The notes under the pieces: model-generated
The model's database searches: none
Told to the model about the DNA's origin: nothing
Seen by the model: the letters and a program-made list of their open reading frames with translations, nothing else
Shown here: in pieces, positions 10,265 to 19,420 of the stretch
Layout: each line of letters begins with the position of its first letter
Position numbering within the stretch: position 1 is the stretch's first letter
Sequence record: PQ464595.1
Direction: 5' to 3' (one strand)
DNA length: 64,000 bases
Program-made: the position numbers and the translations under genes

Positions 10265-10907
10265 CCCTGAAGCCATACCTTTCAACATCATATCCATGTC
10301 GTAATTGTAATTCGTACATATGAATATCGTGGTTGATTGCCACCATTTCATCTTCGAACAACAAATATTGTTCAAATGTAACACCACTATCAGTCATCCG
10401 AAGTTGCATTACTTCTTTTACTTTTTTAAGTTCATCCAGAGATTCCTGGCGGTCTTCCAGTTCTTCTGGAGTCAACATACGACGATTTTTGTAATCGCTT
10501 TTCATTTTAGCTTTCAGTTCCTCTAAGCTGAAACTATGAAAGTTACTTGGGTTAATACCCATTTTTACCAAGTACTGATTACGCTTGATGCGTTCATCTT
10601 CTTCGGTGTAGTCGCCGTGTTTTGCCAGAACGGTTAAGTACATAGCTTCAACTGCTGCTTCCCATGTATCACCGCCGCAATCCAGTTCGTAATCATGTGA
10701 GTACTGAACTGAGTTACTTTCTTCGTCATCGAAGGGTTCACCGATTTCTACCCAAAACTGTAACTTCGTGTTCAGGATGTGGTATTTCTCAACACGATCT
10801 GTTTCTGGACAAACCATGTGTGGTGTAATTTCGATCATAGCATCACACATATTTTGTGATAACTTTGGATGGTTCATTACCCAATAATACTTTTCAGCAA
10901 TATTCAT
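10233..10907 (-). CDS. Hypothetical protein
   Basis: ORF track; SD GAGGA. Confidence 0.7.
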   Translation of the reverse strand: MNIAEKYYWVMNHPKLSQNMCDAMIEITPHMVCPETDRVEKYHILNTKLQFWVEIGEPFDDEESNSVQYSHDYELDCGGDTWEAAVEAMYLTVLAKHGDYTEEDERIKRNQYLVKMGINPSNFHSFSLEELKAKMKSDYKNRRMLTPEELEDRQESLDELKKVKEVMQLRMTDSGVTFEQYLLFEDEMVAINHDIHMYELQLRHGYDVERYGFRDENHETDSYT

Positions 10908-10927
10908 TTTTTATCATCCTCTAAATT

Positions 10928-10952
10928 AAAAAAGCACCGTACTAGACGGTGC
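10928..10952 (-). terminator. Rho-independent terminator
   Basis: GCACCGT/ACGGTGC stem + U6. Confidence 0.8.
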
Positions 10953-10959
10953 TTACTTG

Positions 10960-11667
10960 TTAGCCATTGATGTACTTGGTAACAGATGCTTCGTGCTGAT
11001 CCGCCCAATTTTTCGGGAACCAGTCATCAGCTTTGAAGTACTTGTCATAACACCAGCGTTCGTTTGGTGCATTCGTTGCTTTAACGATACGGTCAACCAT
11101 TTCACCAGCTTCACGCCACTGGACAATGTTTTCAGATGTTACCATATCTGAACCCATGAACAGACGCATTACGCGGTCTTTCGGATCATCTGATTTACGC
11201 ATACAGATGTATGGGGTATTCAGACGGAAGATACCACTATTCATTTTCGGAATAGCTTCTTTTGCGGTTTTGATTTCCAGTGGATAACCAACGTTATCTT
11301 TGATAACCAAAATGTCCGGCCAGGATTGTGAACCATTCGGGTTGTGAACGATACAATCTGGAATTTCTTCACGCGAGTTGAACGCCAGAACATCTGGAGT
11401 GGTTTCTTCGTTCAATGCTGCGTACTTACCGCTTTCAGCCCAATGCTCTTTGTAGTTCTCTTTGAACTCCGCTGAGTACATGATTGGGAGATCCATGTTT
11501 GCTGCCATGTGTGCCATGAACAGTACTTCAATTTTGTTTACGTCTGTGCCGCCACGGACAACATAACGAACATCGAATACCTGATCTTTGTCAGCGGTTT
11601 TGAACATGAACAATGCGTCATTGATACTTTTTGCGATCTGAGTTTTTACGATGGTTGACATATACAC
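10960..11667 (-). CDS. Putative PD-(D/E)xK restriction-endonuclease-like protein
   Basis: NPNGSQSWPDILVIKDNVGYPLEIKT (PD..ExK); 6 nt downstream of a methyltransferase. Confidence 0.55.
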   Translation of the reverse strand: MYMSTIVKTQIAKSINDALFMFKTADKDQVFDVRYVVRGGTDVNKIEVLFMAHMAANMDLPIMYSAEFKENYKEHWAESGKYAALNEETTPDVLAFNSREEIPDCIVHNPNGSQSWPDILVIKDNVGYPLEIKTAKEAIPKMNSGIFRLNTPYICMRKSDDPKDRVMRLFMGSDMVTSENIVQWREAGEMVDRIVKATNAPNERWCYDKYFKADDWFPKNWADQHEASVTKYING

Positions 11668-11673
11668 TCCAGT

Positions 11674-12582
11674 TTATGAATATTTTCTAAGATATTCCTC
11701 AACAACATCTGCCTTTCCGAAGCCAGGTATCCCCGCATTCTTCTTAGACAATTGAACGAAGTCAAGGTTCAACAAATTTTCCAGTACTTCAGCATTATGT
11801 GCTTTAAAGAATATGTACTGACGTTTCGGGTTCAACTCGTCTTTACTTCGCACGATTTCAGAAAAATCATAGTACCCTTGACGGTGAACAGCAAAATCCC
11901 AATCGTAATCGAAATATTTCATTGCTGCTTCTGTTCTATTGTACTGGTACATTTCGAACATGTCAAGTTTAGTTTTAGGCTTTTCTACGATTCTTAGGTT
12001 TTCTTCTTCAAATTCACCGATTCCCCAAATTTGGAATGATGACCGAATACCATAAGATTCACCGACTATATTAAACGAGTCTTCTTCTAAGTCAATATCA
12101 TACAACAGTCTAGCTCGGCTGTCAAGCTGTTTTTGAGCAGAATATTTTCTGAACTGTACAGGGAGGATGAACCCCACGATAGTACTGTATTCAAAACACT
12201 TATTGATGAATTGAATAGCTAAATCTCCTTTCTTACCGAAAGGTGGATTTCCCAAAAACACCACGTCATTTTGTGGTAGATATTCTTCAATGTCGCCGTT
12301 GATGAAGTCCATTTGGATAATATTATCAGATTCAGGGAGAATGTCAAACCCTATTTTGTCTTCCTGAATAATATTAAGAAACGCTCCACCGCCAGCACTC
12401 GGCTCAATGATTGTGTACGGTTCTGACTTATACTTAGTACAGAACTTGACGAACTCTTGATAGCAGAATTCTGCTACTGAATCATTAGTGTAATATTTGT
12501 CAAGTTCTTTAGCTTCTTTTTTGTTCATTCCATCGTCCTTGTTGATTGCAAAAAGATATTTATAATCAACAATAAAGTCCAT
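11674..12582 (-). CDS. DNA adenine (N6) methyltransferase, gamma-type motif order
   Basis: DKYYT; IIEPSAGGGAF (motif I); FLGNPPFG (motif IV). Confidence 0.9.
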   Translation of the reverse strand: MDFIVDYKYLFAINKDDGMNKKEAKELDKYYTNDSVAEFCYQEFVKFCTKYKSEPYTIIEPSAGGGAFLNIIQEDKIGFDILPESDNIIQMDFINGDIEEYLPQNDVVFLGNPPFGKKGDLAIQFINKCFEYSTIVGFILPVQFRKYSAQKQLDSRARLLYDIDLEEDSFNIVGESYGIRSSFQIWGIGEFEEENLRIVEKPKTKLDMFEMYQYNRTEAAMKYFDYDWDFAVHRQGYYDFSEIVRSKDELNPKRQYIFFKAHNAEVLENLLNLDFVQLSKKNAGIPGFGKADVVEEYLRKYS

Positions 12583-12596
12583 TTTTCTTACTTAAA

Positions 12597-12715
12597 AGAA
12601 ATACATCGCCCTGGAAGCTGGTAGTTCTAACGAGTAGGGATCTTCCAGTACTAGCATCGAAGCGTAAACGGTCTTACATCTGGATTTTGCCAGAAAGCAC
12701 GGCTTATGTATTTCT
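12597..12715 (-). ncRNA. Candidate multi-stem structured RNA upstream of the methyltransferase
   Basis: AGAAATACAT/ATGTATTTCT closing stem; internal CTGGAAG/CTTCCAG and TCTGG/CCAGA stems; GC-richer than flanks. Confidence 0.4.
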
Positions 12716-12721
12716 CAATTC

Positions 12722-12973
12722 TTACTTACGCCAGTAACCCACTAGGTCAATAAGCATCAATGCCAGAAATGCGATGTTTAAAAATGGCACAAAGCCAGTT
12801 ATCATCAGAATTTTCCAACGTTTATCAGAACGGAAGCTGAACATAGGAATATGTTCATAACCATCCGTTTTGGGGTTATATACTTTCACATATTGTTCTT
12901 TCTTATCCAAGAAGTACAGAAAAATATTGAAAGCGATACCAATCAGTACTGAGAATATCAGAAAGGTGGTCAT
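12722..12973 (-). CDS. Small membrane protein
   Basis: Two hydrophobic segments. Confidence 0.7.
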   Translation of the reverse strand: MTTFLIFSVLIGIAFNIFLYFLDKKEQYVKVYNPKTDGYEHIPMFSFRSDKRWKILMITGFVPFLNIAFLALMLIDLVGYWRK

Positions 12974-12976
12974 ATT

Positions 12977-14245
12977 TTAACGCCTTAAGTTTTTCACTAC
13001 GACGAAAGCATTACGACCACGCTGAAGGACAAAATGTTTTGAATCAATCATGTCCACATCTTCAGTGAAGACGTTCTCTTTAGTATCGTAGAATTCGTTT
13101 ACCTTGCGACCATTAATCTTGATCGCACCATTATTGATGAACTCACGTGCCATCTTACGAGAATCAGCTAAACCTGAATCTACCAGGATTGCTACTAAAT
13201 CGAGTGTAGTAGTTTGTTCCTGTACTTTGAATCCACTGCTGATCATCATATCAACTGCTTCATCGTTTAGTTCGACATTCTTACCAAAGAAGAAGTCCGA
13301 CAAAGCACGAGCAGTATCAGCCGCTGCTGAACCATGAACAAGTAAGGTCATAGCATATGCGAACTGTAACTTAACGAGATTTGGTTCACCGTTAGTCATT
13401 TCATTCACAATGTTTTCTACACTAAATGTAAATGGTTTGAAGTACTGGTACAGTTTAGGTACTTCAGTATCTTCAATGTTACGCCAGAACTGGAAGAAAT
13501 GGTACGGCGTAGTACGCTGACCCGTCATCCAGATAGTACCAGATTCTGATTTACCGAACTTAGTACCATCAGCTTTAGTAACCAGCGGAAGGGTGATAAC
13601 ACCACATTCAGCATCATTACCATGAAGCTTATGGATTAAGTCAGTACCAGCAATCATATTACCCCACTGGTCTGAACCACCGATTTGAATCTTACAATTC
13701 ATTTCAGTGTACAGGAATTCGAAATCCATTCCCTGAAGAATTGGGTATGCGAATTCAGTAAAGGAAATACCTTGGTCTGGTCGTTCAATACGAGAACGTA
13801 CTGACTCTTTGTTGATCATGTTATTCACGGTGAATGCTTTACCGTAATCACGAAGGAACGTAAGCATATTAATGTCACGCATCCAATCGAAGTTATTCAC
13901 GATTTCAACATCATCACCGAGAATAGAAGTGATGACAGTACTAATACCAGCGACGTTACGACTGATTGTATCCCAATCCATCATAGAACGTTCTTCTGAT
14001 TTGAAACTCGGATCACCAATGGAACCCGTAGCACCGCCAACCAGGGCAATAACTTTTACGCCGTGTTTCTTGAACACTTTCATTACGGACAGTGGCAGTA
14101 AGCTACCGATGTGTAATGAATCAGCAGTTGGATCAAAGCCACAATACACTGCTGAACCTTCGTCAAGTAATTTTGACAGTACTGTAATATCAGTACTTTG
14201 ATTAATCAAACCGCGATCTTGTAACTCTACCAATGCCGAATGCAT
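12977..14245 (-). CDS. tyrS: Tyrosyl-tRNA synthetase
   Basis: YCGFDPTADSLHIGS, FAYPILQGMD, QIGGSDQWGN, KFGKS, C-terminal S4 domain; start trimmed to MHSALV (SD AAGGTG). Confidence 0.97.
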   Translation of the reverse strand: MHSALVELQDRGLINQSTDITVLSKLLDEGSAVYCGFDPTADSLHIGSLLPLSVMKVFKKHGVKVIALVGGATGSIGDPSFKSEERSMMDWDTISRNVAGISTVITSILGDDVEIVNNFDWMRDINMLTFLRDYGKAFTVNNMINKESVRSRIERPDQGISFTEFAYPILQGMDFEFLYTEMNCKIQIGGSDQWGNMIAGTDLIHKLHGNDAECGVITLPLVTKADGTKFGKSESGTIWMTGQRTTPYHFFQFWRNIEDTEVPKLYQYFKPFTFSVENIVNEMTNGEPNLVKLQFAYAMTLLVHGSAAADTARALSDFFFGKNVELNDEAVDMMISSGFKVQEQTTTLDLVAILVDSGLADSRKMAREFINNGAIKINGRKVNEFYDTKENVFTEDVDMIDSKHFVLQRGRNAFVVVKNLRR

Positions 14246-14246
14246 G

Positions 14247-14531
14247 TTATTCACCTTTATCTTGTTCAATTACACCTAGAATACAATCTTCTGGCATAAT
14301 AAGAATATCTTCATTATCAATCTTTTCAGAATGAACTCGTTTATCACCTTCTACGTAAGTAACAATGTCACCCACGTTTAGTTCAGAGAGGAAACCTGGT
14401 CCAATTAGCAGTACTTCAGCGTGAGTACTTTCGTCTTCACCTGAAGCTGTAAGCAGAATACCGCCAGCACTCTTTGCTTCTTTCACCACTTTCTTAGCGA
14501 TAATATGATTATGAACTGGACGAAGTTTCAT
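14247..14531 (-). CDS. groES: Co-chaperonin GroES
   Basis: MKLRPVHNHII...SAGGILLT...EVLLIGPG...VGDIV...EDCILGVI. Confidence 0.92.
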   Translation of the reverse strand: MKLRPVHNHIIAKKVVKEAKSAGGILLTASGEDESTHAEVLLIGPGFLSELNVGDIVTYVEGDKRVHSEKIDNEDILIMPEDCILGVIEQDKGE

Positions 14532-14799
14532 CTTTTACCTCAGCTTGTAGTCTATCATACTGTTCAATGAATTGCAAGGCCACTGCCGCAACTTGTACCA
14601 ATTCATCTCGTGCTGTACCCGCATGGGAACCGCCAAATTCGTCATGAAGAATAGCTTGACATACTTCGCCAAATTCTTCACCTAAAATCACTTGCCATAA
14701 GAAAGGATGTTGATTACGATCCGCACCCCATTTAGCATCTTGATTATTCATTTCCGCAAGAACGTCCGATAACGCTTTTGTTTTTGCGTGGTCTGTCAT
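14509..14799 (-). CDS. MazG-like nucleotide pyrophosphohydrolase
   Basis: KWG...ILGEEFGEVCQA...RDELVQVAAVA. Confidence 0.8.
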   Translation of the reverse strand: MTDHAKTKALSDVLAEMNNQDAKWGADRNQHPFLWQVILGEEFGEVCQAILHDEFGGSHAGTARDELVQVAAVALQFIEQYDRLQAEVKDETSSSS

Positions 14800-14819
14800 T
14801 TTAAATCCTTATCCGACCA

Positions 14820-15653
14820 TTATTGGTCTAGTGTTTCTTTCCATTTGTTCAGTTTCTTACCCATGTAATCAAGGAATAAGTACTGAATTTCTTCTGCTGT
14901 ATTATCTGGATGTTGTAATGCGAACATATCCATAGCACAAATTGCTAGGTCAACAGCTTCACCAGCAACGCCATCTGAACCAGCATCTTTATAAGACAAA
15001 CCATTTGCGATATTGTCTTCCAGTGCCATTTCACCTAATTCTTCCATGCATTTCTTGAATACATAGTTATTGGTACGAGTATCATCAGTACCTTTAGAAC
15101 CCAATTCTACTGAAAGCTGGAACATTTCAGTAAGGCCAGTATCCATTACCTGATTCCGGTGAGCTACGAAGTCATTCACTTCAATCTCAGGAATTGGTTT
15201 AGGTTGACCCCGACCCTGAAGTGCTTTCATAGCTGCGATGCGGTAATAGTGATTATACGCATCCTGTTCTTCACGAGTAAGCAAAGATACCATTGGCTCT
15301 ATCTCGGATTCATTGAACATATCAAGAGCCATGTAGATAGAGCGACCAGTTTTCAGGAAATGTTCTTCACCAGTAACACCAGCATCATAGAATTCAGCAA
15401 GGTTTGCGAATTCAGCAACTTGTTCACCGAGAATTGATACCTTAAAGATTTCAACTGAAGACTGTTCCGAGATTGAGATAACATCAGCCAGTACTAACAG
15501 TTTAGAATTAGTTAGCCACTCAATTACTTCAGCAGGATATTTGTCATATCCAGCACGAACATTGTATTCGTGATTGAATTGAGTACTGATTACTTCTCCT
15601 GGTTCTACATGCATCAGAAGATCACGAGCCAGAAATAAATTATCCGAATTCAT
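14820..15653 (-). CDS. Protein with C-terminal MazG-like domain
   Basis: KCMEELGEMA...GEAVDLAICAMD; start trimmed to MNSDNL (SD AGGA). Confidence 0.7.
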   Translation of the reverse strand: MNSDNLFLARDLLMHVEPGEVISTQFNHEYNVRAGYDKYPAEVIEWLTNSKLLVLADVISISEQSSVEIFKVSILGEQVAEFANLAEFYDAGVTGEEHFLKTGRSIYMALDMFNESEIEPMVSLLTREEQDAYNHYYRIAAMKALQGRGQPKPIPEIEVNDFVAHRNQVMDTGLTEMFQLSVELGSKGTDDTRTNNYVFKKCMEELGEMALEDNIANGLSYKDAGSDGVAGEAVDLAICAMDMFALQHPDNTAEEIQYLFLDYMGKKLNKWKETLDQ

Positions 15654-15681
15654 TGTGTTATTCCTAAAAGAAAAGGGAGCA

Positions 15682-16197
15682 TTAGCTCCCTTTGTGTTGA
15701 CGTTTACGTTTAGTACAATCTTTCCAAGAAAGACTGCGACGTGCGTGAATATCATCCCAAGGATTCGGTAGATTCCTGCGACGACCACGAAATTCTGGTT
15801 CACCTTCTTCTTTGATAACTGCTGCTACAGCCCGACGCTCAGCCATAGTTTCCATCTTACGGTTGTAAGTGGTACTATGTCCGGTACGATAACGCCAGAA
15901 TGGACCACCGTAACGCCATGACTTCATAGCATGAGTGAAGTACTCTCCTTTGAACAAGTCTGGTGAAACCATCATGTTATTAGAAGTGTACAGATAGAAC
16001 TCTAAGTAGTCCAGATCATAACGACTGCTGTAAGAAAAGTAACCCCACTTTGGACGGTCATATTTGCATAACCATTTCATGCGGTAGTAAAATTTCTCAG
16101 CACCACCAGGATAAGTACGAAGCCACCCTAGCAAGTCATGTGTTTCTACAAAACGTCCATCATCGAAGTAGATTTTAAAGGTTTGATCAAAGAACAT
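15682..16197 (-). CDS. Hypothetical basic/aromatic protein
   Basis: ORF track; SD AGGAGG. Confidence 0.75.
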   Translation of the reverse strand: MFFDQTFKIYFDDGRFVETHDLLGWLRTYPGGAEKFYYRMKWLCKYDRPKWGYFSYSSRYDLDYLEFYLYTSNNMMVSPDLFKGEYFTHAMKSWRYGGPFWRYRTGHSTTYNRKMETMAERRAVAAVIKEEGEPEFRGRRRNLPNPWDDIHARRSLSWKDCTKRKRQHKGS

Positions 16198-16273
16198 ATG
16201 TCCTCCTTCGTTAAGTTAAAGTACCTTAACGGAATGACATACGACCTTTAGTAAATTGTTTCATTTGTGTTCC

Positions 16274-16411
16274 TTAGCTAATATAAGCCCAATACCCGAA
16301 GCCCACAATAGCTCCGAGCGTTAAAAGACAAAGCAGAATCCAACGACCTGCCGCACCCATACATAACAGTTCTACGATCATTTCAATCAAAGCGAATACT
16401 AACTCACCCAT
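16274..16411 (-). CDS. Small membrane protein (45 aa, MGELVFAL...GYWAYIS)
   Basis: Hand translation; hydrophobic; fills a gap. Confidence 0.55.
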   Translation of the reverse strand: MGELVFALIEMIVELLCMGAAGRWILLCLLTLGAIVGFGYWAYIS

Positions 16412-16641
16412 TTGATGATGCTCCAGATGACAGGGAATGCTCCACCGTAATACATCAGTACTAGACCAACGATTACACTAATAAATCCAATCGGCACTTC
16501 CACCATATGTTGAAAATGCGTTAACTTGTTCATGTCACGAAGACCGCAAATCACCAATGCTATTCCAATAATGGAAATAACAAAATGGAGAATAGTGGGT
16601 ACAACTGCCATTAAATCCGTAAACATTAGTTCAGGTGTCAT
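16399..16641 (-). CDS. Small membrane protein
   Basis: Two hydrophobic segments. Confidence 0.7.
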   Translation of the reverse strand: MTPELMFTDLMAVVPTILHFVISIIGIALVICGLRDMNKLTHFQHMVEVPIGFISVIVGLVLMYYGGAFPVIWSIIKWVS

Positions 16642-16847
16642 TATAACACCTGAATGTAGTTAATACAAGCCATCCAGACTGTAAACAATCCAAATACTAC
16701 CGAAGAACCGAAGATCAGTGCTGGAGTTAGTGTGTGCTTACCGTTTGCTGTCCATACGAACAGATACAACCCCATACCTACTAAGATAAACCCCACACCA
16801 ATTGTGAGGAATAGTAAGAACAGTACTGTTGCAAGAACGAACATCAT
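16641..16847 (-). CDS. Small membrane protein
   Basis: Two hydrophobic segments. Confidence 0.7.
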   Translation of the reverse strand: MMFVLATVLFLLFLTIGVGFILVGMGLYLFVWTANGKHTLTPALIFGSSVVFGLFTVWMACINYIQVL

Positions 16848-17542
16848 GAGTTCACCTCTTTAGGGAACAGGATACGGAATCCTGTCATTGTCGAATTATG
16901 CGTTGCTTTTGCGTAGTTTAACACAACCTGACAACGTTCGTCAAGGGTTCCAGTACTGTTTTGATACAATTCGTACACTGTACGATGAATCTCATTCAAA
17001 TACACAATATCTTGCTCTTTAGTAGTTTCAGTACCAGGATGGTATTTCCACTTAGCATAATATGGGAACTTAAACGCATGGCAAATGTTTTTCAGTCCAA
17101 GTACTTCATCATAATCTTCTTCTATGGTGAGTTTCTTCTTACCTTTATCAAATGCTTTAGAAGCAATTGAACTGATACATGAACGCACTTCATGTGGTAA
17201 CTTAGAATCGAATGCCGAATCAATATCCTTCTGAATAGCTGGGTTACAGATACACATGAAGTATTTTGGTTGCATCGAACAAAGTTCACCTTCGAATGAT
17301 TTACGGTGCATAATTTCTACGTTAATTGGGAGATCGGTGAATCCCAAGTAGAATGTTTTGTGTCGTTTCTCTGGTGGTTCTTCATCAATCACCAGAGTAA
17401 CATCAATGTCGTTCGGTTGAACGTCGAAACCGTGGAACTGTTCAACATAGGAACCATAGATAATGATATTATGATAACCGAGTTCATTGAAATATTCGTG
17501 AATCTTATCCATTACTAATTGTTGTTCAGGTGTGATATTCAT
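16844..17542 (-). CDS. Pol-beta superfamily nucleotidyltransferase
   Basis: IIIYGSYV...NDIDVTLV (GS + DxD). Confidence 0.7.
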   Translation of the reverse strand: MNITPEQQLVMDKIHEYFNELGYHNIIIYGSYVEQFHGFDVQPNDIDVTLVIDEEPPEKRHKTFYLGFTDLPINVEIMHRKSFEGELCSMQPKYFMCICNPAIQKDIDSAFDSKLPHEVRSCISSIASKAFDKGKKKLTIEEDYDEVLGLKNICHAFKFPYYAKWKYHPGTETTKEQDIVYLNEIHRTVYELYQNSTGTLDERCQVVLNYAKATHNSTMTGFRILFPKEVNS

Positions 17543-17556
17543 TTTCGTTATCCAAT

Positions 17557-17580
17557 AAAAAAGGCCACATTGCGTGGCCT
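17557..17580 (-). terminator. Rho-independent terminator
   Basis: AGGCCAC/GTGGCCT stem + U6. Confidence 0.8.
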
Positions 17581-17693
17581 ATAAAGAATGTAATAAAACA
17601 ACATGGAGTCAAAATATTATTATTGTTATGTAACTATTTATGTTGTTTGTCATTCTACAGGCCAGAAATGGAGAGCCATTTTGCTGTTTAATA
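17557..17693 (-). ncRNA. Candidate small RNA (about 135 nt) between a promoter and a terminator
   Basis: Promoter 17699..17728; internal AAATGG/CCATTT hairpin; internal CATAAATA at 17635..17642; no SD-led ORF. Confidence 0.4.
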
Positions 17694-17698
17694 TCCAC

Positions 17699-17728
17699 AT
17701 TATAGCACAAAAAATCAGGGCGTTCCAA
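17699..17728 (-). promoter_or_regulatory. Early promoter TTGGAACG-N-TGCTATAAT
   Basis: Same motif and 18-bp spacing as 27385..27414. Confidence 0.7.
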
Positions 17729-17927
17729 CTATTTTTGCATAAAGATTTGAAAGTTTTGCGTTCAATTCATCATCAGTACTAGCAGTAATATTTGCTACAT
17801 CTTTAGTACTTGATAGTGTTCCAATACGTACATTGAAATTATAATTATCAAAACTATCAATAGCAACGAACGTGGTTCCCTCAAAGAATGAGGCAAAGTT
17901 TTCGGATACTTTCATATCAAAGATCAT
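17715..17927 (-). CDS. Hypothetical protein
   Basis: ORF track; SD GGAG. Confidence 0.6.
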   Translation of the reverse strand: MIFDMKVSENFASFFEGTTFVAIDSFDNYNFNVRIGTLSSTKDVANITASTDDELNAKLSNLYAKIVGTP

Positions 17928-17942
17928 AAGTCTTCTCCAATT

Positions 17943-17967
17943 AAAAAGGGGATACCAAGTATCCCCT
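17943..17967 (-). terminator. Rho-independent terminator after phoH
   Basis: GGGGATAC/GTATCCCC stem + U-tract. Confidence 0.8.
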
Positions 17968-17974
17968 AATGTTA

Positions 17975-19420
17975 TTATAGATTTTGTTCTGCGAATTCAG
18001 CAAGAACGGAACGTTGTACGCCCTCTAGCTCGATGATACGGCAACCTTCCCAATCTTTGAACTTCTCAGTTACATAAGTCAAACCTGAGTTGGTAGGACT
18101 GATGAACTTATTGTCAATCTGAGATAAGTTACCCATGATGATTACTTTACAGTTTTCACCAGCACGAGTTAGAATTGTTTTTGCCTGAGCAGGAGTAATG
18201 TTCTGGAATTCATCTACAATCAAGATTGTATTGATGAAACTACGACCACGAACAAAGTTCAATGCTTTGAATTGGAAGACATTACGTTTCATAATTTCTT
18301 CAATTGAACCTTGTGGGTTCGCATCATCTTTGTGTAGATACTCAAGGGCATCCACAGCAGCACCACAGAATGGCATTACTTTTTCTAGTTCTGAACCTGG
18401 CAAGAAGCCGATTTCTTCGAACTGAGAATCTTGAGTTTTAGAGAAAATAATACGGTCGTATTTCTTCTTCTCTAGTACTAATTCAAGAGCAGAAGCAACA
18501 GTGATCAACGTCTTACCAGTACCTGCTGGACCTAGTAGGATAGTTAGATGTACATCTTTATCCATGATAGAGTTGATAGCCATAGCTTGCTGAATGTTCT
18601 TGGCTTTAATTCCCCATACTTTACGAGATAGAGATTTATCAATACCTACGTCGCTGAAGCAAACCATATCACGATCATCATCGTGGTCAAGTACTGAAGC
18701 GAATCCTTCAAATACGAATAGACCATTAGTGTGATCATATACATAGTCACCGATACACAAATCAGCCGGAAGAATGTGTTTAACATTTTCTTCTGGAATC
18801 ATATGAATGAGTTTTGAGCCTTCCTGATTTGAATAAACTACATCACCAATCTCAGCCCAAAAATCTTCTACGTCCAATTCGTGATTGCCAGTATGGATTA
18901 GGTCTGAGTCCTCGATAGTTACATCGTGACGATAATCTTGTACTTCAACACCGTATGCCAGTGCTTTAATACGCATATTAATGTCGCGAGTTACGAGAAC
19001 CGCTTGTGAGAGTTTAGCAACGAGGATGATTTCATCATCTGGTACTGTACTTTTGAAAAGAGTTTCAAGCTTAGGATCGAAGCTATCAGATTCACCGATA
19101 TTTGGGTTCGCCAAATGCCAGATAGCTGTAAGTTCTTCGATGGTTAGTACGAATAGACGAGTATCTACGTTGATGTGGGGGTGGGTTTTAGAAATCTGAA
19201 CACCTTCAGTGCTGATTTCTTCGTGAGTTGCTGTTTCAAGGATAGTACTAATGTTGCGGATAGCAACACGAGCATCGCGTGAAATATCAACTTTACGACT
19301 CTTGATGGAATCTAATTCTTCCAGTACTTTGAACGGTAGAATTACATGTGAACCTTCGAACGCCAGGACTGCGTTAGGATCACCAAGAATCACGTTTGTG
19401 TCAAGAACATATTTTTTCAT
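17975..19420 (-). CDS. phoH: PIN domain + PhoH-like ATPase
   Basis: YVLDTNV (PIN), LVTRDINMRIKA, GPAGTGKT, RGRS, VDEFQN, TRAGENCK; start trimmed to MKKYVL. Confidence 0.93.
   Translation of the reverse strand: MKKYVLDTNVILGDPNAVLAFEGSHVILPFKVLEELDSIKSRKVDISRDARVAIRNISTILETATHEEISTEGVQISKTHPHINVDTRLFVLTIEELTAIWHLANPNIGESDSFDPKLETLFKSTVPDDEIILVAKLSQAVLVTRDINMRIKALAYGVEVQDYRHDVTIEDSDLIHTGNHELDVEDFWAEIGDVVYSNQEGSKLIHMIPEENVKHILPADLCIGDYVYDHTNGLFVFEGFASVLDHDDDRDMVCFSDVGIDKSLSRKVWGIKAKNIQQAMAINSIMDKDVHLTILLGPAGTGKTLITVASALELVLEKKKYDRIIFSKTQDSQFEEIGFLPGSELEKVMPFCGAAVDALEYLHKDDANPQGSIEEIMKRNVFQFKALNFVRGRSFINTILIVDEFQNITPAQAKTILTRAGENCKVIIMGNLSQIDNKFISPTNSGLTYVTEKFKDWEGCRIIELEGVQRSVLAEFAEQNL

Noticed and set aside
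12690-12715. Plus-strand CAGAAAGCACGGCTTAT resembles the RNase P RNA 3' conserved region
   Set aside because: There is no matching GAGGAAAGUCC/P4 5' strand, and the element is only 119 nt.
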